Below, piece after piece: positions 11,830 to 25,699 of a DNA stretch of 64,000 nt. The stretch spans positions 33,635,839-33,699,838 of the forward strand of contig NC_057736.1 of assembly GCF_004010195.1 (NCBI RefSeq), read 5' to 3'. The notes beneath the pieces are model-generated. The model worked only from the letters and a program-made list of their open reading frames with translations, was not told the origin of the DNA and did not search any database. A program made the translations under genes and the position numbers. Positions within the stretch are counted from its first letter, which is position 1; every line of letters starts with the position of its first letter. Origin of the DNA: Chiloscyllium plagiosum. Taxonomy: Eukaryota.

Positions 11830-13500
11830 GAGTCTTCGAATTTTACAGTATAAAAGGAGGCCATTTGACCCATCATGTTTGTACTGGCTCCTGAAAGAGC
11901 CATCCATCTAGCCCCATTCTCCAACCTTATCTCAGTCGCCCTCAAAATTCATCACTTTAAAATATATACCCACTTCTCTCTGAAACCTCATGAGGAATCC
12001 ACCTCTCCCAGGCAGCACGTTTCAAATCATAACTCTCTGACTAAACAAGTTTTCCTCATCTCACTCCTAACTCTCTTGCTGATAACCTTGAAACTGGGAC
12101 CCCAGTTACTGACATCCTTCCTCAAGTAAGATGCCCAGAACTAAACACAATTCTCCAAATTTGGTCTGATAAATTATTTGTGGAGATATAGTATCACTTC
12201 CTTCCTTTTATAGTTTATGTCTCGATTTATAAAACCAACGATCCTATAAACCTTATTTGCAAAAGTTTGAAGTTGCCTGGCAACCTTTGAAGAATTATCC
12301 ACTTGAATCACAAGGGCCCTCTACTCCTCTATTCCCCACAAAGTAGTACCATTGAGCATGGATTGTCTCTCGGTATTTCTTCCTCCAAGCGTATTATCTC
12401 AGATTTCTCTGCATTGATATTCATCTGCCAGATAGGGTCTGTCCAGTTGCAAAATTGTCAATGTACCTCTGAAGTTGCTCAGTGTCATCCTCACAATTCA
12501 CTATTCTCCCAAGATTAGTATCACCTGCAAAGTTAGAGGTTTTGCTCTCAACACCCAGCTCCAAATCATTTGTAGAAATCAGAAAAAGCAAGGGTCCAAA
12601 TGCAGATCAGTGGGGAACAACACCTTTAACTTGTCTTAAATTTGAGAAGTGCCCATCTGTATCTTTGCTCTGTATCTTATCTTTATAGCCAAATTCTAAA
12701 ACATGTCGAGGACTCATCAACCCCAAACATTTCTAATTTGTTAACCAACCTGCCATCTGGCACCATGTCAACTGCTTTCTGAAAGTCCAAATATACAACA
12801 TCCACAGCACTATCCTCATCCAGTGCCTGGGTTGCCTCAAATAACTCAGTTAAATGTGTCACGCATGATCTGCCCTTGACAAATCCATGTTGACTGCCTC
12901 GTGTTAACTTTTTTTTTTCTTTAAGTGTGCACTGATCTCATCCTGTATTATGGTCTCCACCAGTTTTCCCAGTATTGATGTCAAGCTGATGGGTCTGCAG
13001 TTTTGCATGTTATCCTTTATCCCTTTCTTAAACAATGGTGTCAACATTTGCAATCCCACAGTCCCGCGGGACTAATCCTGTGTTCAGAAAGACCTGGAAA
13101 ATTTTTGTCAATGGCTACACAATTTGTTCCTTTAACCTGCTCAGCAATCTGGGATACATTCCAACCAGGTCTGTGATTCCTCTATCTGAGTGCTGCCAGC
13201 CTTTTTAGCTCCTCTTCCTTATCTATCTCACTCTCTTGCTCGGTTGCTCAATAGCCACATTTTCAACAAGGCCATTGTCACTATTTTCTACTTTGCTAAA
13301 GACAGAAGCAAAATATTACTTTAGTACCTCTGTCATGTCTTTTGCTTCAGTGAACAGCTTACCCTGATTGTTCCTTATGGGTCCCACTCTGTCCTTCACT
13401 AATCTTTTATTATTAATATATTTTGAAGAACATTTTGCAATTTGTTTCAGCACAGACTGACATTCTGTCCTCATGTTTCTTCTTAGCCTTCCTTATTCCA
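11830..13500 (-). mobile_element. Old CR1-clade LINE (RT region and 3' end)
   Basis: Minus-strand translation near 12765-12815 gives AVDVVYLDFQKAVDMVP. CR1-type 3' end near 11830. Confidence 0.8.
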
Positions 13501-13503
13501 GCC

Positions 13504-13641
13504 GTAGGGGAAAGTGAGGACTGCAGATGCTGGAGATCAGAGCCAAGATTCACGATGAAGGGCTTATGGCCGAAATGTCGATTCTCCTGTTCCTTGGATG
13601 CTGCCTGACCTGCTGTGTTTTTCCAACACTATACTCTCGAT
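13504..13641. mobile_element. Penelope family-A cassette (short inverted arm plus direct arm), 11-bp TSD
   Basis: TTATTCCAGCC at 13493-13503 and 13642-13652. Degenerate core acGATGA-AGGGC-TTAT-GGCC-GAAA-TGTC. Confidence 0.8.
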
Positions 13642-14387
13642 TTATTCCAGCCTTAGCCTCTCTCCTCTTGAGATACTCTTCCTGATTTTTGTTGTTACTC
13701 TTACTCTACTGGATTTTTTTTTAGTTTCTCAAGACTTATCTAATTCCCTTTTTAAGTTAACCATAAAATCTAATTCAATGACTATTTTGGCAGCATATTT
13801 CACATAAGAATGACTTGCTGATATAAAATAAAATCATCTCCTTAGGTTTTTCTGCCAATTATTTTAAATCCTCATTATCCTGTTATTGGTCCTTCTGCCA
13901 ATTTCTCCCTTCAAAATCTATCAAAATTCTTGACAATTTTTAAATGTCTGTATTAAATCTCTCTATAATCCTTCCCTTGGAATAGAGAGCAATATCAGCT
14001 TCCCTACTATCTCCACGGAACTGAAGTTCCTCATTATTGATAGCACTTTAATAAATACACCTTGCATCTTTTGGAAGGCCATGATATAACTGATATGTAG
14101 TGTCTTGAATTAGCACAATACTTATCTGAGCACTATGACTCTATGACCCTGTGACTAATTAATGAGTTCTAAAGGTTTGTATTGTGTTTTTCTTCTCCTT
14201 ATGCTTGTTTAGTAAATAAAATCTATGCAAAAGAAGCTGGTTAAAGAAAATACCTGGGTTCATTTGTTAAGAAGTTAGAAGAAATGGCAGTAGTATTGCA
14301 TACTTGGAAAACCTGCACACATCACAATTGGTTGCTTCCTGAGTACAAACTACTCACTATTTCTGAATTACATGCTACATTGCATCA

Positions 14388-14770
14388 TAAAGTCATAGAG
14401 ACATACAGCATGGAAATAGACCCTTCGATCCATGCCGACCATATAACCTAAATTAATCCAGTCCCATTTGTCAGCATTTGGCCCATATCCTTCTAAACCC
14501 TTCCTATTCAGATACCTATCCAGATGCCTCTTAAATGTTATAACTGTACCAGCCTCCACCACTTCCTCTGGCAGCTCATTCCATACATGTACCACCCTCT
14601 GTGTAAAAAAAGTTGCCCCTTTGAGCTCTTTTAAATTTTTCTCCTCTCACCCTAAAGCTATGTCCTCTAGTTCTGGACTCCCCACCCCAGGGAAAAAGAC
14701 ATGGTCTATTTGTCCTATCCATGCCCCTCATGATTTTATAAAGCTCGATAAGGTCACCCCTCAGCCTCAA
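14388..14770 (-). mobile_element. HER1/CR1 LINE 3' end
   Basis: ORFs show LRGDLIELYKIM and WNELPEEVVEAGT..FKRHLD; AGTCATAG tail. Confidence 0.9.
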
Positions 14771-17044
14771 TTCTTCTCTCGTGACAGCAAACATAAAAAC
14801 ACCCATTTCAGAGTATACTACAGTTTGTAATGGAGGACTTATATTGGTGTTTAAAAAAACATGAAGCAATTGCCACAAAGTCCTCAGGCACTGGAAAAGT
14901 TGATTTACCTCCCATGAATGCAAACATGCCAGGTTTGTCAACTGTTATTGTGTGCCTACTTGCCTTTCCTTCCCCCACCTGCCGAAAACTGCACACTATA
15001 AAAATGGTTATGTTATATTGCATAGTCAATATGTCAGTATATCTTCAAGAGATACAATAGGTCAGTATGCTTTTTAAGAGACATATAGTAGCAGCACTTC
15101 ATCATAGCATGTGACCCACGGATTCAAAGATCTCATAGTCCATTTTAACTGAGATGACGTGAAGCATGATAAGCTACTAGAAGGATGCTGCAATCTGCTA
15201 TAATCTAAATGCTTCGTTTAGTCCATTCATGTGCTCGTGAATGTGATGCTTGTGTATAAATAGGTTCAAGAATTGTTGAGTGGGATCTAAAAGTATCCGA
15301 ACACCCACACCTAGTTTTTTTATGTTATGTGAGTTAATATGAGTATTGCCATATCAGGTAATATACGCTGCTGGAGGCAAAATTCACATCAAAGCCTTAA
15401 TTTCCATGTGTTCTTAAGTTATTACAGGAGGAGAATGTGCAATGAAAATGATGGTCATTCCTGATCTGGAAAGTGAAATGTCTAAAACATCAGTGAAAAC
15501 TGCTGACATTATTTTCACTGTAAAAATACTTCTGAAATATTATGGTATCAGAAGGTAAATGTTTGACTAAAATCTACACATGTAACAAAAATGTAATCCA
15601 TTCATCACTTTAAGCATTAATCAATACATATTGTGTTAAAACTCAGCCATAAAAACACCAAGATAATGGCTAAAGTGACACAGATACCGAAGGAAGTTGC
15701 TGCACAGTCACTCACAAGTGCACAATTCTTGTGAAGACTTCATTGTGAAAATGGATTGTAGGACTTAGGATAGGCACTTCACTTTAGTTTTGAGCAAAAT
15801 TTTAGATAATTTGCTTCATAATAATTAAATAATTAAGCAACTTAGTTATTCACAGAAAATAATGATCAGGAGCAAACCATCAGAAGTAGCATTTTATTTC
15901 ATCAGTTAGTGACCACATTTTGTGAAAAATATTATGCGGTTCTGTGTGATGTATTCACACATTGTCAGTGATATGCATTTGTTCTGAACTGGCACTTAAA
16001 TTAGAATTGCACAATTCCAAATATTTTTATTTTCCAAAGGAAAGCATATTTTTCAATATAACAATCTCTTAGAGCTGCACACTAACTCCATTACTTAGGT
16101 TATGTTTTATTACCTGCAAATAGAAAAATAATTATGTTTGTTACATTAGAATGTCTTGTTGGACTTATTTTTAAACTCCAGGTTAATTTGAATTATTTTG
16201 ACTATACATCATTATTTTGTCCAGTTTGAATCAATTGATGTCATTGCTTATCATTTTGCACAAATGTAATGCCATGTAACACTTAAAGTTTGATTTTTTT
16301 TTTCCTTTGAAGTTTCTGTTGCAGTTAGGGAAGTGTTCAAGATTTATTCTGCTGACCAATTCCCTAAAATAAAATCCGACAGTTCTCTCCCATTTCGACA
16401 TTGGCCTCACAGTCTCTGGTTCTTCAGTGCAAGAACAGCTGACCTCATCATGGGGCTGAAAGTGCAATCCACCCACAGTCAGCATGTGTTCCATTGAGAT
16501 GATCTTGTGCTATAATGCAAGGTCAGCTGATTTAAATTAATTTTCAACAGTCCCCTCACATACTGTCGGATATCCTACAAGGCACAGGGGTCAGACAAAG
16601 GGTTATCCATCAATTGCAGTTCTTAAAATGGGGATAGGCTCCAAAAGCAAAATCTGCTGAAACAAAGACATTAGCAGAAAATCACCATCACTGCAGTGCC
16701 ACAGAGAAGAATAATCTTTTTGGAGCATAGTGTGGCTTCTATTTGTGAATTGTCTCAGTCTGGCCTGAAAGGAAAATTGATTGAGAGCATGAAACACATG
16801 TTACTATCACTTAAACTTGAGGAAAATTGCTGGGTTATACAGTCTTGCCAAAATGAATGTGTGCACACATTTTGCATGAATTATTCTCTTAGTAGCATTT
16901 CAGTGGAATTGTGTTAATAATCACTGGTCAAGCAAATGTTTGTATACATTTGAATGAATAGATATGCCCTGTTGCACTTTGCACTGCTATCCTCAGGTGT
17001 TTTCCCTGCAGTGTTTTGGGACAAAAAGCTGCACATAAACTTCA

Positions 17045-17110
17045 ACTCTGCTTTCTCTCCTTAGATACTGCCAGCCCTGCTGAGATTCTCCAGCATTTTC
17101 TGTTTTTGTT
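17045..17110 (+). mobile_element. Family-B Penelope tail fragment
   Basis: AACTCTGCTTTCTCTCC..AGATACTGCCAG.CCTGCTGAG.TTCTCCAGCA matches the other family-B tails. Confidence 0.6.
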
Positions 17111-17809
17111 GCGATACATAAAATGCTGGTCTAAGCATTTGTGTCACACATATCAGATACATTCCAGCACATGCCTCCAGGTTGCCTCTGCTGCAGAAAG
17201 TAGTCTCACAAACACAGTAATAGCAAAAACAGGCATTACAAGTAAGTTGGAGCGAGAGCTTCTCCAAAGGAGAAGTCCCTCAAGAATCTAGAAAGACTCA
17301 GTACTTGTATCAACTCTTCTCTCTTCATCCATTCATCTCCATAGCGACTGGCACTGTAATTGGGTGCACTGCAGTAACACTCTACTTCAAACAGCATCTT
17401 TTATTACTTTTTAAAAAATTCCTTCTGATTATTTCTTCTAAAATATTTTCCTGGTCCCTTAAATGTCCAATTATTGACTGCATCAGAGTCCAACAAACAA
17501 CTCATTCAAGCAGCTTACAGCACCCTCCATGATTGATTCTCCCTGGCAAGCAGCTCTATACATGCTTGAACATCTGTGAGTTACAAGAGAGATTAGTTGG
17601 TAAAGCAATATGAGTAACAGAAATATATTGGAAATTAGAAGCTTAATCACACAGGTCAAAGTGTCAACTTCGTAGTTAAATCAGCTGCTGAACCCAGGGA
17701 TCTGAAGCTCACTGGCTTTACATTACAGGGAAGTAAGGAGGGATACCATGAATCCTTCCTACTGCCACATGTCCTTCAAATGGATCATGAACATTCTCTT
17801 CCTGCCCCG

Positions 17810-20228
17810 AGACCCACTAGGGAACAGGCAATTCTGGGTTTAGTGATGTGCAATGAGGCAGACATGAGAAGGGAGCTTAAGGTGAAGGAACACTTAGGAG
17901 GCAGTGGTCATACGATTGAATTTACTCTGCAGTTTGAGAGGGAGAAGCTGGAATCAGATGTAATGGTAAGGCAGTTGAATAAAGGCAACTACAGAGGCAT
18001 GAGGGAAGAGCTGGGTAGAATTGACTGGGAGAGGACCCTAGCAGGAAAGACAGTGAAAGAGTAATGGCAATGAGTTTCTGGGATTAATTCAGGAGACACA
18101 GCAGAGATTCATCCCGAGGTAAAAGAAGCATGGTACAGGGAGGATGAGGCAACCACAGCTGACGAGGGAAGACAGGAAGAGCCTAAAAGCAAAAGAGAAA
18201 GCATGTAATATGGCAAATGGCAGTGGGAAACCAGAGGATTGGGAAGCTTACAAAGACCAACAGAGAACAATGAAGAAAGGAAGGAAGGAGAAGACTAAAT
18301 ATGAGGGTGAGCTAGCCAGTAACATACAAGAAGATTGCAAGAGTTTCTATAGATATATAAAGGGCAAAAGAAGACATTAGGCTGCTGGAACACGACGGTG
18401 AAGATGTAGTAATGGGGAACAAAGAAAAGGCGGAGGAACTGAACAAGTACTTGCATTATTTATCAAGGTGGAAAATCAAGTAACATTACAAAAGTTCAAG
18501 AGTGTTGGGGTGGCAGAGGTGAGTATGATGGCCATCACCAAGGAGAAGGTGCTAGAAAAACTGAAAAGCCTGAAGTTGGTTAAATCACCTGGACCTACTA
18601 CACCCCAGAGTTCTGACAAAGATAGCTGAAGAGATAATGGAGACAGTAGTGGTGATCTTTAGAGAATCACTGGAGTCAGAGAGGGTCATAGAGGACTGGA
18701 AAATCACTACTGTAACCCGATTCCTGAAGAAGGGCTTCTGCCCGAAACATCGATTCTCCTGCTCCTTGGATGCTGCCTGACCTGCTGCACTTTTCCAGCA
18801 ACACATTTTTCAGCTCTGATCTCCAGCATCTGCAATCCTCACTTTCTCCCACTACTGTAGCCCCCCTTGTTTAAGAAGGGAGCAAGGCAAAGAACACAAA
18901 ATTACAGGCCCATTAGCCTGACCTCAGGTGTGGAGAAGAATTTGGAGTCCATTGTGAAAGATGAGATTTCTGAATATTTGGAAGTGCATGGTAAAATAGG
19001 GCAAAGTCAGCATGATTTCATCAAGGGGAGGTCATACCTGACAAATCTGTTCGAATTCTTTGAGGAGGTAACGAGCAGGTTAGACCAAGGTGAGCCGATG
19101 GATGTTATCAATCTAAACTTCCAGAAGGATTTTGATAAGGTGCCACACAGGACACTGCTGAGTAAAATAAGATCCCATAGTATTAGAGGCAAGGTGATAC
19201 TATAGATAGAAGCTTGGCTGTCTGGCAGAAAGCAGAGAGTAAGGATAAAAGGATCCTTCTCAGCATGGAAGCTGCTGACTAGTGATGTTCCACAGGGGTC
19301 AGTGTTGGGCCTAAAATTTTTCACTTTATAGATTAACGATCTAGATGAAGGAACTGAGAGGATTCTGGCTACATTTGCAGATGATACAAAGATAGAGAAA
19401 GAGGCAGGTAGTTTTGAGGAGGCATGGATTCAGACAGTTTAGGAGAGTGGGGTAACATGTGGCAGATGAAAGTGGGAAAGTGTGAGGTCATGCACTTTGG
19501 TAAGAAGAATAGAGGCACAGACTATTTTCTAAATGGGGAGAAAATTCAGAAATCCGAAGTGCAAAGGGAGTTGGGAGTCCCAATCCAGGATTCTCTTCAC
19601 GTAAAAGTGCAGGTTTGATTTGATAGTTCGGAAGACAAATACAACGTTGGCATTTATTTCAAGAGGACTAGAATATAAAAGTATGGATGCACTTCTGAGG
19701 CTTTACAAGGGTCTGGTCAGACTACATTTAAAATATTGTGCGCAATTTTGGGTCCCATACCTCAGAAAGGATGTACTGGCCTTCGAGTGGGTCCAGAGGA
19801 GGCTCATGAGAATGATTCCAGGAAAGAAAGGTTTAAGATATAAGGAATGTTTGAGGACTCTGGGTTGACACTTGATGGAGTTTAGAAGGATGAGGGGGAA
19901 TCTCATTGAAACTCTCAGAATATTGAATGGCCTGGATGTTGGGAAGATGCTTCCACTGGCAGGAGAGACGAGGATCCAAGGGCACAGCCCGAGAGTGAAG
20001 GGAAGACCCTTTAGCATGGAGAGTAGGAGAAACTTCTTCAGCCAGAGGGTGGTTAATCTATGGAATGCATTGCTACAGAAGGCTGTGGAGGCCAAGTCAT
20101 TGATGGAAATGGGTCCTTGATTGTTAAAGGGATCAAAGGTTATTGGGAGAAAGTGGGAGAATGGGATTGAGAAACTTATCAGCCATGATTGAATGGCCTA
20201 ATTTCTGCTCCTCTGTCTTATGGTCTAA
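17810..20228 (+). mobile_element. CR1-clade LINE, 5'-truncated ORF2, decayed
   Basis: ORFs show NYRPISLTS, LNFQKDFDKVPH, KCEVMHFG, LYKGLVRLHLKYC and FFSQRVVNLWNAL. Confidence 0.93.
18719..18849 (+). mobile_element. Penelope family-A cassette inserted in the CR1, 14-bp TSD
   Basis: CACTACTGTAACCC (18705-18718) and CACTACTGTAGCCC (18850-18863). CTGAAGA-AGGGC-TTCT-GCCC-GAAA-CATC at 18724-18751. Confidence 0.88.
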
Positions 20229-20949
20229 TGATCCAAATGGAGCATATGAAGAATATCATTCAAAGTAAGACAATTGAACATTTGTGACAAAAACTATTAG
20301 TGAGAAAAAATACAACTTGATCTCAAGAAGCTGTTGGGAGAGTCCAGTAAGTTTCACTAATGTTGTTTTTTTCCCCATAACAGCAATTACACACTGCAGC
20401 AACAAACTGCAAAACTGCAGAGAAATCTGAACACCCACAGCGAGAACCTAAATGGTAGGAAGAGTGGAGCTGTTTTACACCAACAGCCAGCATCTTGAGT
20501 TGTTCAGGCACTAGAAGCATAATATGAAACATTCCCTTTAATTTAAATAGAAATCGGGACCTTAATGAGCCGAGCTCACAACAAGTATGCAGCAATAAGC
20601 GTTAATGATGCTGACAGATTGTCCTCATATATTTATTATAAAGTTGGCATTTAGAAGGCTTGAGCGATTCTACAGGTCAGCACCTAGCACCTAATGCCCT
20701 GCAGCACTATACCTGCCAGAAAACCGTCCATGGATTTGCACATAAATACGTGTTCTTGGATTCCCACATTGTCACAGACACTGTTTGCGGCTATCTGGAC
20801 ATGCAGTGTTGAAAGGCCGGATTAGCAATGAATAAATGATGAAGGATTATCACTTGTAAGTCATACCTCAGGCTACTTCTTCAAAACAGCTTGACTTCAA
20901 CTCAAAACCTAAATCTGCTCCACGTTCTTGTACTTGCTCCAATAATTTG

Positions 20950-21268
20950 TGGGCGGCACGGTTGCACAGTTGTTAGCACAGCTGCCTCACAGCGCCAGAG
21001 ACCCAAGTCCAATTCCCACCTCAGGCAACTGTCTGTGTTGAGGTTGCACATTCTCCCTGTGTCTGCATGGGTTTCCTCCAGGTGCTCCGGTTTCCTCCCA
21101 CAATCCAAAAATGTGCAGGTCAGGTGTTTTGGCCATGCTAAATTGCCCGTAGTGTTAGGTGAAGGGTAAATGTAGAGGAATGGGTCTGGGTGGGTTACTC
21201 TTCGGAGGGTCGGTATGGACTTGTTGGGCCGAGGGGCTTGTTTCACACTGTGAGAAATCTAATCTAAT
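20950..21268 (+). mobile_element. HE1-type V-SINE, full length
   Basis: tRNA-derived head GGGCGGCACGGT.GCACAGT.GTTAGCAC, V-domain GGGTTTCCTCC.GGTGCTCCGGTTTCCTCCCACA, HER1-like tail and (AATCT)n end. Confidence 0.92.
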
Positions 21269-21377
21269 TTGACTGTAGTGTCCGCCTCAGCTATTAATTC
21301 TCTTTTTCAAATTATATAAATAAAAATGTACATAAAAAAAATCCCATGTTGCAGTTCAGACACTGTCCACAGGAAAT

Positions 21378-23878
21378 ACAACATAGAACATTACAGCGCA
21401 GTACAGGCCCTTCAGCCTTCAATGTCGTGCCAACCTGTGGAATCAATCTGAAGCCTATCTATCCGACACTAATCCATTTTCATCCATATGTTTTATCCAA
21501 TGACCATTTAAATGCCCTTAAAGTAGGCGAGTCTACTACTGATTCAAGCAGTGTGTTCCACGTCCCTACTACTCTCTGAGTAAAGAAACTTGTTCTGACA
21601 TCAGTCCTGTATCTATCATCCCTCAATTTAAAGCTATGCCCCCTCGTGCTAGCCATCACTATCCAAGGGAAAAGGCTTTCACTGTCCACTCTGTCTCACC
21701 CTCTTATTATCTTATATGTCTCAATTCAGTCACCTCTCAACCTTCTTCTATCTAACGAAAACAGCCTCAAGTCCCTCAGCCTTTCCTCATAAGACCTTCC
21801 CTCCATACCAGTCAACATCCTAGTAAATCTTCTCTGAACTCTTTCCAAAGCTTCCACATCCTTCCTCTTATGCAGTGACCAGAACTATACACAATTCTCC
21901 AAGTGAGGCTGCACCAGAGTTTTGTAAAGTTGCAGCATGACCTTGTAGCTCCAAAACTCAATCCCTCTACCAATAAAAGTTAACACGCCGTATGCCTTCC
22001 TAACAAACCTATCAACCTGGGTGGTAACTTTCAGCATTCTATGTACATGGACATCGAGATCTCTCCGCTCTGCCACACGACCAAGAATTTTACCATTCGC
22101 CCAGTACTCTTTGTTCCTGTTGCTCCTTCCAAAGCGAAACACCTCACACTTCTGCATTAAACTCCATTTGCCACCGCTCAGCCCACCTCTGCAGCTTATC
22201 TATGTCCCTCTGTAACCTACAACATCCTTCAACACTATCCACAACTCCACCGACCTTACTATCATCTGCAAATTTACTAACCAATCCTTCTACGCCTTCA
22301 TCTAGATCATTTATAAAAATGACAAACAGCAGTGGACCCAAAACAGATCCGTGCAGTACACCACTTGTAACTGAACTCCAGAATGAACATTTCCCATCAA
22401 CCACCACCCTTGTCTTCTTTCCAAACTGATTTCCATTTCTGATCCAAACTGCTAAATCACCCTCAATCCCATGCCTCCGTATTTTGTGCAATAGCCTACT
22501 GTGAGGAACCTTTTCAAATGCTTTATCTGAAATCTATATACACCACATCATCCACTTTATCCTCATCTACCTGTTTGGTCAGCATCTCAAAGAATTCAAT
22601 AAGGTTCGTGGGGCATGATCTACCCTTCACAAAACTGTATCGATTATCCCTAATCAACTTATTCCTCTCTAGATGATTATAAATCCTATCGCTTAGAACC
22701 CTTTCCAACACTTTACCCACAACTGAAGCAAGGCTCACTGGTTTATAATTCTCAAGGTTGTCTCTACTCCCCTTCTTGAACAAGGGGACAACATTTGCTA
22801 TCCTCCAGTCTTCTGGCACTATTCCTGTCGACAATAATGACATAAAGATCAAAGTCAAAGGCTCTGCAATCTCATCCCTGGCTTCCTAGAGAATCTTAGG
22901 AGAAATCCTATCTGGCCTAGGAGACTTATCTATTTTCATACTCTCCAGAATTGGTAATACCTCCTCCTTGTGAATCTCAATGCCATCTAGTCTAGTAGCC
23001 TGTACCTCAGTATTCTGCTCAACAACATTTTCCTTTTTTAGTGTGAATACTGACAAACATTTAACATTTCCCCCATCTCCCTGGACTCCACACACAACTT
23101 CCCATTACTATCCTTGATTGTCATTCTTTTATTCCTGATATACCTGGAGAAAGCCTTTGGGTTTTCCTTGATCCTATCTGTCAACAACTTTTCATATCCC
23201 CTCCTCGCTCTTCTTAGCTCTCTCTTTCAGGCTTTCCTAGCTAACTTGTAACTCTCAAGTGCCCTAACTGATCCTTCACGTCTCATCCTAACATGAGCCT
23301 TCTTCTTCCTTTTGACAAGAGATTCAATTTCTTCAGTAAACCATGGCTTCCGTGCTCGACCACTTCCTACCTGCCTTACAGGTACACAATTATCAAGGAC
23401 ACGCAGTAGCTGTTCCTTAAATAAGTTCCACATTTCAATTGTGCCCATCCCCTGCAGTTTTCTTCCCCATTTTATGCATCCTAAATCTTGCCTAATTGTA
23501 TCATAATTGCCTTTCCCCCAGCAATAACTCTTGCCCTGTGTTATATACTTAACCCTTTCCATCGCTAAAGTCAAATAAGAAACTTGTGGTCATTATCACC
23601 AAAATGCTCACCTACCTCCAAATCTAACACCTGGTCTGGTTCATTATCTAGCACCAAATCCAATGTGGCCTCGCCCACTGTTTGCTTGTCTACACACTGT
23701 GTCAGGAAACCCTCCTGCATACATTGGACAAAAACTGACTCATCTAAAGTGCTCGAACTATAGAATTTCCAGTCAATATTTGGAAAGTTAAAGTCCCCCA
23801 TGACAACTACCTTATTACTCTCGCTCCTGTCCAGAATCATCTTTGCTATCCTTTCCTCTACATCTCTGGAACTATTCC
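21378..23878 (-). mobile_element. CR1-clade LINE, 5'-truncated within the endonuclease domain
   Basis: ORFs show MGDFNFPNIDW, DWRIANVVPLFKKG, GSVLGPLLFVIFINDL, KFADD and WQMEFNA. Confidence 0.94.
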
Positions 23879-24189
23879 ATGATGACACTAGCTGTGAAAT
23901 ACATTCACCGATGGATAAAAGATGGACTTACTATCATTTGCCTGCTTTATGGTTAATACATAATTCACTGAAGCTCTGCTCAGAAATTGATACGAACACA
24001 TTTAATTGAAAATAGTTCTTTGAAAAACATGCAACCTGAAAATAAATTTTTGCACAGGATATACACTGTTCAATTTTTCTTGCATGGAAATTAATCATCA
24101 GAAGCACTTCTGTTCACATTGCACATTTCACAAACCCCCAAAAAATCCATTATGCATTACAACCAATGAAATATTTCCAAAACACAATA

Positions 24190-24394
24190 CAGTCAGTTCT
24201 GATATAATGTGATAGTTCAGTTCTTGAGCAATCTCGTGTTGTAAGAAAATCGTGCAGTAGCCAAGCCATCTCAAGTAATGGGGCCAGAATTGCATCATAA
24301 CCAATACAGGTAAAGAAAGTTAATGGTCTATGTTCTTCAATTGCGTTAAAGCCAATTCGCATTGCAGAAACATGTGTTATGGCAGAGCCTACTG
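24190..24394. mobile_element. 205-bp Tigger/pogo-like MITE
   Basis: TA flanks (24188-24189, 24395-24396) and imperfect TIRs CAGTCAGTTCTGATATAATGTG and TGTGTTATGGCAGAGCCTACTG. Confidence 0.72.
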
Positions 24395-24664
24395 TACTGC
24401 AAAAAGTATACATTATTCAAAAACAGCGAGCTATCAAAGGTTTCTTGGGGAATATTCTGATACTTTTTGAACAGTTTTGATTTATTTAAGCACTATTATG
24501 TCATTTGAAGCTCATCATTTGTTACAATGAAACTCTGTGTATTGTTTGAAAAACAACATTTCATTGACCATAGTATTGAAAGGAGGAGGAAAGAAACTGA
24601 GTTGCCCATTAATGAACAGTTTCATGCTATTCCAAAAATATTTCAGCACACACTTAGACCTAAC

Positions 24665-25155
24665 AATATGGTCCCCTAACATTAACAGCACAGAGGTGGA
24701 ACGAGTGGAGAGTATCAAGCTCCAGGGAGTGGTCATCCACAACAAGCTTTCTTGGACTCTTCATGTGGATGCACTGGTTACAAAGGCCCAACAATGTCTC
24801 TTCTTCCTCAGGCAGCTGAGGAAATTTGGCATGGTGGTGAATACCCTTGCCTATTTTTATAGATGTGCCATTGAAAGCATTCTGTCTGGATGTAACACAC
24901 CATGTATCGAAACTGTACCATTCAAGATGGTAGACGGTTACAGAGAATAGTGAACTCAGCCCGGACAATCACAAAGGCCAATCTACTGTCTATAGAATCC
25001 ATCTACCAGGCCTGCTGTCAAGGAAAGGCTGCCAGCATTCTTAAAGATCCATCCCACCCTGGCAATTTTTTTCTACAACCTCTACCATCAGGTAGAAGGT
25101 ACAGAAGTCTGAATACATGCACCAGCCGGTTTTGCAACAGTTTCAATCCTTCTGT
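24665..25155 (+). mobile_element. Rex1/Babar-clade LINE 3' fragment
   Basis: ORFs show VERVESIK..GV.I.NKLSW, KAQQCLFFLRQLRKF, FYRCAIESILSGC and LPSGRRYRS. Confidence 0.88.
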
Positions 25156-25699
25156 TGAATTGAATTTATTGTAACGTGTACCATGGCACAGTGAAAAGCT
25201 TTGTCTTGTGACAATTCATGGTCTGCTCATTCCTGTCAGACAAAAGTTGTGAATCCAAACCATCTAAATGAGTATGCCGTCAAAGTTGCTTTCTGCTTCT
25301 CTTTTTTTGAACATTGTGTTTCCATCATTTGTGTTTCTAATTAAATGGTGAGCCTCCAAGTTCTGACATTGCAACAACGGCAAAAGCGAGAAACAATTGA
25401 GAGATGGGTGTGTACTATATTGAAATGGAATTGGAGCTCTTTGTTTCTTTATGCTGCCAGCGAATACTGCACATAGGGGGAGGGTCCAGGGGCATTGTTT
25501 GCCGATCACCCTTTCTGAATGATTGTGTGTCTCTGACAAGCTTGTCTGAAAAGATTGCTCCAATGTAAATGAAGGATCACATGGATAGATCAACACATCT
25601 CCTTTTTACCTTTCACATGCATCACTATTAAGTACAATTTAGATACTTGCAGATTTTATTCAGGAAAGTAAAACTCCTATGCTCAGCATTTTGAGAAGA

